Below, piece after piece: positions 56,907 to 64,000 of a DNA stretch of 64,000 nucleotides; within the stretch, counting starts at the first letter, position 1, and every line of letters begins with the position of its first letter. The DNA comes from Candidatus Eiseniibacteriota bacterium. GTDB taxonomy: Bacteria > Eisenbacteria > RBG-16-71-46 > CAZAMP01. The notes beneath the pieces are model-generated. The model ran no database searches and was not told the origin of the DNA. It was given only the letters and a program-made list of their open reading frames with translations. Where the stretch lies: the NCBI GenBank assembly GCA_965224245.1, contig OZ245046.1, positions 4,672,001-4,736,000 on the forward strand, in the 5' to 3' direction. A program made the position numbers and the translations under genes.

Positions 56907-57755
56907 GTGAGCATCAACACGAGACCGATGATCCTCGCCCTCGCCGCACTGGCGGCGGCGCCGACGCTCGCCCCGGCGGGTCCATCCGCCCACGATCTGG
57001 TCATCCGCGTGCTCGACGCCTACGAGTCCCGGCTCGCCGACATCGAGACCGTCACGATCACCCAGACGATGATGGGCATGGAGTCGCAGCTTCGCATGGA
57101 GAAGACCGTCGTCGACGGGCACGCGACGCTCATGACCACCGGCATGAGCTTCCAGGGCCGGGCGATGCCGATGCCGGAGGGGGCCGAGAAGCGAAGCTGG
57201 GCCACGCCGTTCGCCAGCCAGCGCGCCCTCGCCGATCACGCGACCCTCGACGGCTCGGAGACCGTGAACGGACACGCGTGCCACGTCGTGGTCGTCGAGG
57301 ATCTCGGGAGCGTCGACTTCATGCAGCCCCCCGCGATGGAGCAGGCCGGCGAGGTCGAGATGAAGTCCGGTCGGTTTCTCGTCGACGAGAAAGACCTCGT
57401 GATCCGCCGCATGGAGCTCTCCGGCGAGATGCAGGATCCCGAGGGAGCCGCGCAGCCCATCACGCTGACGATGACGTTCGACGACTACCGCGAGGTCGGC
57501 GGCTACCTCCACCCGTTTCACACGACGATGTCGGCCACCGGGGTCATGGAAGCGGAGGGAGCCGACATGGATCCCGAGGAGATGGCCGCGAACCTCGCCC
57601 AGGCGAAAGAGCAGATGGCCACGATGCCCGAGTCGATGAAGGGCATGATGAAGGCGCAGATCGAGCGCCTCGAGGCCATGCTGGAGGGCGGCGGCATGAC
57701 GATGGAGGTCATCGTCTCCGACGTCGCGGTCAACGAAGCCGCGTCGAGTCAGTAG
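56907..57755 (+). CDS. Secreted Met-rich hypothetical protein (LolA-like/DUF4412-like)
   Basis: GGAGG RBS, signal peptide, GSETVNGHACHV, TFDDYREVGG..HPF. Confidence 0.55.
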   Translation: MSINTRPMILALAALAAAPTLAPAGPSAHDLVIRVLDAYESRLADIETVTITQTMMGMESQLRMEKTVVDGHATLMTTGMSFQGRAMPMPEGAEKRSWATPFASQRALADHATLDGSETVNGHACHVVVVEDLGSVDFMQPPAMEQAGEVEMKSGRFLVDEKDLVIRRMELSGEMQDPEGAAQPITLTMTFDDYREVGGYLHPFHTTMSATGVMEAEGADMDPEEMAANLAQAKEQMATMPESMKGMMKAQIERLEAMLEGGGMTMEVIVSDVAVNEAASSQ

Positions 57756-57872
57756 CCGGTTCCCCGGGTTCGCGACAGCGGCGGTGGCGATCGGGATGCG
57801 CCGGATGGAGCAGCGGCGGCCTTGCAGTGGCGGGTCACGACGCTATGATGCCCTCCGAGGGAGGAGGACATC

Positions 57873-59006
57873 GTGGATCTCGTGGACTTGCGTCATCGCC
57901 TGCATCGCTCTGCAGAGCCCAGCGGGGATGAGCGCGAGACGGCCGCGCTGATCGCCGACGCCCTCCGCGAGGCAGACGCCGACGAGCTCGTCACCGGCCT
58001 CGGCGGTCACGGGGTCGCCGCGGTGTTCGAGAGCGACACCCCCGGTCCCGTGGTGCTCCTTCGCGCCGAGCTCGACGGGCTGCCCATTCCCGATCGACCC
58101 GATCTCGAGTACGCGTCGGCACGATCGGGCGTCTCTCACAAGTGCGGACACGACGGCCACCTGACGATTCTCGTGGGCGCCGCCCGCGTTCTCGGCGAGC
58201 GCCGGCCCGTGCGAGGCCGGTGCATCGTGCTCGCGCAGCCGTCCGAGGAGAACGGCGCCGGCGCCCGACGGGTGCTGGACGATCCCGGGTTCACGCCGCT
58301 CCGACCCGATCGCTGTGCCGCGCTCCACAACCTCCCGGGCTTCCCGATGGGATCGGTGGTGATCCGCGCCGGCGCGTTCGCGAGCGCGTCGACCGGCCTC
58401 GTCGTCGAGCTGGAGGGCGCGACCAGCCACGCCGCCGAGCCCCGCGCGGGACGCAGCCCCGGGCTCGCGGTCGCCGAGCTGATCACGGGCTTCGGCGCGC
58501 TGCCCCAGAACGCCACCGACTTCACCGAATCGTCCAAGGTGACCATCGTGCACGCGCGCCTCGGGGAGCCGGCGTTCGGCACCAGCCCCGGCACCGCACG
58601 CGTGCTGGCCACGTTCCGGGCCCATACCCAGCCGGTGCTGGACCGGCTGCTCGATCGCGCGAGGCGCCTCGTCGACGGAACGGCGACCAAGTACGACCTC
58701 GAGGCCCGCGTCGAGCTGACCGAGACGTTTCCGGCCACCGTCAACGACCCGTCCCTGGTGGACGCGGTGCGGTCGGCGGTGTCGTCGGCCGGTCACCCGA
58801 TCGTCGAGCCCGAGCATCCGTTCCCGTGGTCCGAGGACTTCGGCCACTTCACCGCCGGCTCGCCCGGAATCCTGTTCGGGATCGGCTCGGGCGAGGATCA
58901 TCCCGCGCTCCACCACCCGAGCTACGATTTCCCGGACGCGCTGATCCCGACGGGCGTCGACGTCCTGATGCGGATCGCCGACGCCCTCGCGGACCATCCA
59001 TCATGA
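57873..59006 (+). CDS. M20 family amidohydrolase
   Basis: LH..AEPSG.E, LRAELDGLP, HKCGHDGH, QPSEE, LHN, SEDFG, LHHPSYDF; GGAGGA RBS. Confidence 0.9.
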   Translation: MDLVDLRHRLHRSAEPSGDERETAALIADALREADADELVTGLGGHGVAAVFESDTPGPVVLLRAELDGLPIPDRPDLEYASARSGVSHKCGHDGHLTILVGAARVLGERRPVRGRCIVLAQPSEENGAGARRVLDDPGFTPLRPDRCAALHNLPGFPMGSVVIRAGAFASASTGLVVELEGATSHAAEPRAGRSPGLAVAELITGFGALPQNATDFTESSKVTIVHARLGEPAFGTSPGTARVLATFRAHTQPVLDRLLDRARRLVDGTATKYDLEARVELTETFPATVNDPSLVDAVRSAVSSAGHPIVEPEHPFPWSEDFGHFTAGSPGILFGIGSGEDHPALHHPSYDFPDALIPTGVDVLMRIADALADHPS

Positions 59007-60169
59007 CGATCCGGCCGTCGTCCCACATCGAGCTCAGCCGCGCCGCGCTGGCGCGGAACGTCCGGTTCGTCAAGGCGCTCATCGGCTCGAACGTGACGCT
59101 GTCGTCCGTGGTCAAGGGAAACGCCTACGGACATCAGATCGAGGCGTACGTGCCCCTGGCCGAGGCGTGCGGCATTCGCCACTTCAGCGTGTTCAGCGCG
59201 GCCGAGGCCGAGAGGGTGCTCGGCTGCCGGACCGCCGACAGCACGATCCTGATCATGGGCGACATCCACGACGCGGATCTCCCGTGGGCGGCATCGGAGG
59301 GCATCGAGGTGGTCGTGTTCGATCTCGATCGCCTGGACGCCGCGATCCGCGCCGCCCGGAAGGTGGGACGCGCGCTGGGCGTCCACCTCGAGGTGGAGAC
59401 CGGACTCCACCGGACGGGCCTCTCGCCGCGCTCGCTGGAGGCGGCCGCGAGGCGACTTCACAAGCACCCGCGCGACGTCCAGGCCGCCGGTGTGTGCACG
59501 CACCTCGTGGGGGCCGAGTCGTCGAACAACTTCCACCGGATCGATCAGCAGCTCGATCGCTTCCGCGAGGCCACCGCGCAACTCGCGGCGATGAACGTGG
59601 CCCCGCCCCGCCACGTCGCGTGCTCCGCCGCGACGCTCACCATGCCCGAGACCACGATGGACATGGTTCGCGTCGGCATCGCCCTCTACGGCTACTGGCC
59701 GAGCGAGGAGACGCGGTTTCGCTACCTGGCCCGCGGCACGCGCCGGCGATCACCGCGCTACTCGCCCCTGACCCCGATCCTCACCTGGCGGAGCCGCATC
59801 ATGAATCTCAAGTCCGTGCGCTCGGGGCAGTTCATCGGCTACGGGTCGGCCTACCAGGCGTCGCGGACGATGCGCGTGGCCGCGGTGCCGGTCGGCTACT
59901 ACCACGGGTTCGGGCGGGACCTCAGCAACCGGGGACGCGTGCTGGTGCGCGGGGCGCGCTGCGGCGTCGTCGGTCTCGTCAACATGAGCATGCTCATGGT
60001 CGACGTCAGCGAGATACGGGGTGTCTCGGTCGGGGACGAGGTCGTGATCATCGGAGCCCAGGGCGAGCATCAGATCTCGGTGGGCTCGTTCGGCGAGCTC
60101 ACGCACGTGCTGAACTACGAGGTGCTGGTGAGCCTGCCCCAGGAGATCCCGCGCGTCATCGTCGACTGA
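59003..60169 (+). CDS. alr: Alanine racemase family PLP enzyme
   Basis: VVKGNAYGH (catalytic Lys), HLEVETGLHRTG, VRVGIALYG, IGYG (catalytic Tyr), VGYYHG; ATGA overlap with amidohydrolase. Confidence 0.85.
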   Translation: MTIRPSSHIELSRAALARNVRFVKALIGSNVTLSSVVKGNAYGHQIEAYVPLAEACGIRHFSVFSAAEAERVLGCRTADSTILIMGDIHDADLPWAASEGIEVVVFDLDRLDAAIRAARKVGRALGVHLEVETGLHRTGLSPRSLEAAARRLHKHPRDVQAAGVCTHLVGAESSNNFHRIDQQLDRFREATAQLAAMNVAPPRHVACSAATLTMPETTMDMVRVGIALYGYWPSEETRFRYLARGTRRRSPRYSPLTPILTWRSRIMNLKSVRSGQFIGYGSAYQASRTMRVAAVPVGYYHGFGRDLSNRGRVLVRGARCGVVGLVNMSMLMVDVSEIRGVSVGDEVVIIGAQGEHQISVGSFGELTHVLNYEVLVSLPQEIPRVIVD

Positions 60170-60219
60170 GCACGCGCGCCGCGCTCCAGATCCCGCACGC
60201 GCACGCGCCGCATGCGACG

Positions 60220-60723
60220 TCACGACGTCTTCAGGCGCATCTCCGCGTACTTCGTCGTGAATCCCAGTCGCTCGTAGAGCCGCTTGGCCGGGTTGTCGTA
60301 CTCGACGTGCAGCTTCACGTCGCCGGCGAGGTCGCGGACCGACTCGGTGATGATGCGACCGCCCAGTCCGGCTCCCCGGCACGAGGGATCGACCGAGACG
60401 AAGAGCAGGATGTTCGACGGGACGTAGCCCGCCATCCCGGTTCGCAGCATCAGGAGCGCGCCGACGAGGCGGCCGTCGAGCCCGGCCAACGTCAGGAAGC
60501 CCCCCTGCCCGGCGCCGGGGACGAATGCGTAGTCGAGCGCGCGGTTCACGTCGTCGAGCGAGTCGTGGTAGGGCTTCATCGTCTCGTGGAAGAACCGGGC
60601 CAGCGTGGTGCGATCGGCCCATGCCGGCAGGTCGCGCTCCTGCTCGACGCACACGAGGGTCACGCGGGTCGCGAGCGCCTTCGGATCGGATGTCGGGTCG
60701 TGTGTGGTTCCTTGCGAGGTCAT
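60220..60723 (-). CDS. GNAT family N-acetyltransferase
   Basis: VSVDPSCRGAGLG acetyl-CoA motif, LHVEYDNPAKRLYERLGF; GGAGGA RBS. Confidence 0.88.
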   Translation of the reverse strand: MTSQGTTHDPTSDPKALATRVTLVCVEQERDLPAWADRTTLARFFHETMKPYHDSLDDVNRALDYAFVPGAGQGGFLTLAGLDGRLVGALLMLRTGMAGYVPSNILLFVSVDPSCRGAGLGGRIITESVRDLAGDVKLHVEYDNPAKRLYERLGFTTKYAEMRLKTS

Positions 60724-60778
60724 CGAGTCCTCCCGTGCGTGTATCGGGTCGACGGCAGATCGCCCGCGGGCGAGGTCG

Positions 60779-62041
60779 TCACGTCGTGTACTCCGAGTTG
60801 ATCCGAACGTACTCCACCGTGAGATCCGTCGTCAGGCGGCGCGCCGTCTCGTCTCCGCTGCCGAGGCTGAGGACGCTGGTCACGCGCCGTTCGGTCATCG
60901 CGCGGGCGACCGCCTCTCGATCGTCACCGACCGGAGCCCCCCGGCGATACACGTCGACCCCGGCGATCGACAGCGTCACCCGAGTGAGATCGATCGGCAC
61001 GCCCGCGTTACCGGCCGCGGCCAGGATGCGGCCCCAGTTGGGATCGCCGCCCGCCAGCGCGGTCTTCACGAGCGGTGAGCGCACGACGGCCTCGGCCACG
61101 CGCCGGGCGTCGTCTCGGCTCCTGGCGCCGATCACCGACAGGTCGAGGATCCGAGACGCCCCCTCGCCGTCGTCGATGATCTGATCGGCGAGCGCGTCGG
61201 CGACGTGCTGCATGGCGCCCTCCAGCACCCGGAGTCGCGCGTCGTCGGTCGAGCCGATGTCCGGGACGTCGGCGCCGCCCGCCAGCACGAGGACTGCGTC
61301 GTTGGTGCTCGTGTCTCCGTCGACGCTGATCTGATTGAACGAGCGGTCGACCACGCGCCTGAGCATCCTGTTCAGGATGAGGGGTCGCACCGGCGCGTCG
61401 GTTCCGAGCACCGCGAGCATGGTAGCCATGTTCGGGTGAATCATGCCGCTCCCCTTCGCGGTGCCGCCAACGGTGACCATGGTAGCGGAGTTCGACCCGG
61501 AGGACGGCAGCGTCACCGTGACCGCGGCAGTCTTGCGCGTGGTGTCGGTGGTGAGAATGGCCTCGGCGACGTCCACGCCGGCGTCGGGACGCAGCCGGGA
61601 GGCGGCGTCCTCGATGCCGTCGAGCACGATCCGGCGCGGGAGCGGCACCCCGATCACGCCGGTCGACAGCACGAGTGCGGGCCCACCGACCGCAGCCGAC
61701 GTCATACGCGCCATCTCGCGCGCCGTGGCCAGTCCGTCGTCGCCGGTCATCGCGTTCGCGTTGCCTGAGTTGATGACGATCGAGCGAGCGGCCGCGCGAT
61801 CGCGGAGCTGTGCCGACGTCACGAGCACCGGCGCGGCGGCGAGTCTGTTCTGCGTGAAGACGCCGCACGCGGTCCGGACGCCGTCGGCCACGATCAGGGC
61901 GAGGTCGGGACCGCCGCTGGGCTTCAGGCCGCACGACACGCCGGCGCCCGAGAGACCGGGCACGCTGAGAAGCGTCCCATCCGGGATCGGCCGGATCGAC
62001 TCGTCCAGGGACGTGCCCGGCTCGAGATCGGCGGTGCTCAT
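60779..62041 (-). CDS. argJ: Glutamate N-acetyltransferase / ornithine acetyltransferase ArgJ
   Basis: NSGNANA, STGVIG, ILTTDT, KGSGMIHPNMATML, DGDTSTND, DGEGA, DPNWGRI, YVRINSEY. Confidence 0.96.
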   Translation of the reverse strand: MSTADLEPGTSLDESIRPIPDGTLLSVPGLSGAGVSCGLKPSGGPDLALIVADGVRTACGVFTQNRLAAAPVLVTSAQLRDRAAARSIVINSGNANAMTGDDGLATAREMARMTSAAVGGPALVLSTGVIGVPLPRRIVLDGIEDAASRLRPDAGVDVAEAILTTDTTRKTAAVTVTLPSSGSNSATMVTVGGTAKGSGMIHPNMATMLAVLGTDAPVRPLILNRMLRRVVDRSFNQISVDGDTSTNDAVLVLAGGADVPDIGSTDDARLRVLEGAMQHVADALADQIIDDGEGASRILDLSVIGARSRDDARRVAEAVVRSPLVKTALAGGDPNWGRILAAAGNAGVPIDLTRVTLSIAGVDVYRRGAPVGDDREAVARAMTERRVTSVLSLGSGDETARRLTTDLTVEYVRINSEYTT

Positions 62042-62610
62042 GCGCGCACCTCCCGCCTCGCGAATCGGCGGGCCGCCGGGGCGTACCGCGGACGAAGAGG
62101 GGACCCGTTCGTGGCGTGCGGTGCCGGGCGAACCATCGTGACGCGGCGCCGTCCGTTGACCGTGGTGGCACGCTGGGGGCGCATCAGCTCCTCGCGTGAC
62201 GCGGATCGGGCGAACCCGAGACGTTCGAAGAAGTCCGGGCGCACGGTCACGCAGTACAGGCTTCGACCTCGGCCCGCGCAGCGCTCGGCGAGCGTGCGGA
62301 CGATCAGCGATCCCACGCCGGCCCCGCGCGCCGATCGGTCCACGGCCACGCTCCGGAGCTCGTACGCACCGCCGGCCAGCGGGTGCAGCGCACCCGCGCC
62401 GACCACGCGGCCGCTCGGACGCTCGCGCACCACCGAGAACAGATGCCAGCTCCGCCGCACGACCTGCTCGGACAGCGGGATCGTCTCCGGGGCCGATGCG
62501 GCGAGGAGGCGCGTGATCTCGCCAGCATCGGCCTGGGTCGCGGGCTCGAGTGTGAACGCGATCTCACCCGCGTCGGCCGGCGGCGTGGCCGGCCCATTCG
62601 TGCGCGTCAT
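62038..62610 (-). CDS. GNAT acetyltransferase, probable short ArgA-type N-acetylglutamate synthase
   Basis: ELRSVAVD...RGAGVG, FFERLGF; lies between argD and argJ with overlapping stop/start codons. Confidence 0.75.
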   Translation of the reverse strand: MTRTNGPATPPADAGEIAFTLEPATQADAGEITRLLAASAPETIPLSEQVVRRSWHLFSVVRERPSGRVVGAGALHPLAGGAYELRSVAVDRSARGAGVGSLIVRTLAERCAGRGRSLYCVTVRPDFFERLGFARSASREELMRPQRATTVNGRRRVTMVRPAPHATNGSPLRPRYAPAARRFARREVRA

Positions 62611-63902
62611 CACGATGCACCTCGCGGGGTGTCGCTCGTGTCCGCCACGCGTTCCAGCGCCGACGAGAACCGGGTGACCGCCTCGTCGATCTCCGCGTCG
62701 GACACGTTGAGCGGCGGCAGGAACCGGATCACGTCGCCGCCCGTGGGGACGACGAGAAGCCGCTCGGCGAGCGCGGCCGCGAGCACGTCGGTCGAGCGCT
62801 CGGTCTCGACCCCGATCATCAGGCCGAGGCCGCGGACGTCGCGAACCAGGGGACTGTGGATCTCGGAGAGCGCGCGCCGGAGCCGCCGTCCCTTGCGCCG
62901 CACGTCCTCGAGGAAGGTCTCGTCGGCGACGGTGCGCAGGACGAAGAGAGCCACCGATGTGACCAACGGTCCGCCACCGAACGTCGAGCCGTGCATGCCG
63001 GGCGTCACCGAGTCGGCCACGCGCGGTCCGAGGAGCGTCGCACCGATCGGGAGGCCGCCCGCGAGCGGCTTGGCCAGTGTCATGACGTCCGGCGTCACAC
63101 CGAGCTGCTCGTGTGCCCACAGGGCTCCGGTCCGTCCGAGCCCGCATTGCACCTCGTCGAAAACGAGCAGCGCACCCACGTCGTCGCATCGGCGACGGAT
63201 CGCGGCGAGCCACTCCGGATCGGCGGGGCGGATGCCGGATTCGCCCTGCACGGGCTCGAGCATGACGGCGGCCGTGGCCGGACTCAGACGATCGAGCGCG
63301 CTCGCGTCGTTCCAGGGCAGCCGCGCATAGCCGCCCGGCAGCGGCGTGAACGGCTCGCGGTGGTCGGGTCGGTCGGTGGCCGCCAGTGCACCCATCGTCC
63401 GACCGTGGAACGCGCCGCCGGCGTAGAGGATCTCGCGTCGTTGTGGGCCACCTCGGAGCCGGGCGAACTTGATCGCCGCCTCGTTGGCCTCGGCCCCGGA
63501 GTTCGCGAAGAACACGCGCGAGGCGAACGATCGCTCGACCAGGGCGGTCGCCAGCTCGATCGGAGGCTGCGTGTGATAGAGGTTCGACGTATGAACGAGC
63601 CCCTCGGCCGCGGCCCGAAGCGGTTCCCGGATGCCGCCGTGTCCGAGAGCCGTGACCGCGATCCCGCTGGTCATGTCGAGGTGACGCACGCCGGTGGAAT
63701 CGACGAGCCAGGCGCCCTCGCCCGCGACGAAGAGGACGTCCGGACGTACGTAGGTCCCGGCGAGGTTCGCGTGCGCCCGCGCGAGGCACGGATCGGGAGC
63801 CGGGGCGCTGGCCGTGTTCGCACCGGCGTCGGTCGTGCTCGCGCCGGTGGCGCTCGTGTCGGTCGTGCGGCGCGTGTGCGCGCTGGTGTCGGTCGTGCTC
63901 AT
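62610..63902 (-). CDS. argD: Acetylornithine aminotransferase
   Basis: GIAVTALGH, HTSNLY, NSGAEANE, FHGRT, EPVQGE, FDEVQCGLGRTG, TLAKPLAGG, HGSTFGG. Confidence 0.93.
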   Translation of the reverse strand: MSTTDTSAHTRRTTDTSATGASTTDAGANTASAPAPDPCLARAHANLAGTYVRPDVLFVAGEGAWLVDSTGVRHLDMTSGIAVTALGHGGIREPLRAAAEGLVHTSNLYHTQPPIELATALVERSFASRVFFANSGAEANEAAIKFARLRGGPQRREILYAGGAFHGRTMGALAATDRPDHREPFTPLPGGYARLPWNDASALDRLSPATAAVMLEPVQGESGIRPADPEWLAAIRRRCDDVGALLVFDEVQCGLGRTGALWAHEQLGVTPDVMTLAKPLAGGLPIGATLLGPRVADSVTPGMHGSTFGGGPLVTSVALFVLRTVADETFLEDVRRKGRRLRRALSEIHSPLVRDVRGLGLMIGVETERSTDVLAAALAERLLVVPTGGDVIRFLPPLNVSDAEIDEAVTRFSSALERVADTSDTPRGAS

Positions 63903-64000
63903 GCGGTGAGTTCCGTGGCGGTGCCGGCCTGCATGCCCTGCAGGGTTCCGACGCGTATCTGGCGGACGCCGGCCTCGGAGGCGGCGATGGCCGAGCGCAG
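63899..64000 (-). CDS. argB: C-terminal fragment of probable acetylglutamate kinase
   Basis: Minus frame reads LRSAIAASEAGVRQIRVGTLQGMQAGTATELTA*, stop overlapping argD ATG; arg-operon context. Confidence 0.6.
   Translation of the reverse strand: MRSAIAASEAGVRQIRVGTLQGMQAGTATELTA

Noticed and set aside
62038-63789. 583-aa ORF implying a long GNAT fusion or frameshift with argD
   Set aside because: Upstream part is an off-frame shadow of argD; the GNAT has its own ATG at 62610 overlapping the argD stop

Overview
High-GC bacterial chromosomal window with about 48 CDSs. No rRNA, tRNA, CRISPR array, integrase or transposase was recognised. Five proteins end in the same FlgD-Ig/T9SS-type-A-like C-terminal domain, and one ends in an SWxxVKxxY tail. 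By inference this suggests an FCB-group candidate lineage such as Eisenbacteria, Latescibacterota or Krumholzibacteriota. Core and housekeeping content: asnS, clpC, htpG, a standalone 5'-3' exonuclease, xylFGH-like sugar ABC transporter, argB(partial)-argD-GNAT-argJ and an alr-like racemase. There is also a TPP-riboswitch-controlled TonB receptor plus Na+/solute symporter pair. The most notable block (38.7-55.1 kb) is a copper-type system. A His-rich membrane-embedded sensor kinase and a sigma54 activator lie divergent from a -24/-12 promoter with two tandem upstream activator boxes. The promoter is followed by a Cys-rich leader ORF that resembles metal-sensing ribosome-arrest leaders, then a secreted triple C-CCxxC/His-tail protein, a YHS-DUF2231 membrane protein, TolC-CusB-CusA and CopA. 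A pentaheme cytochrome c carrying the T9SS-like export domain follows 15 bp downstream of CopA. Starts were adjusted by eye from RBS and protein context. All functional calls come from motif recognition, not database searches.
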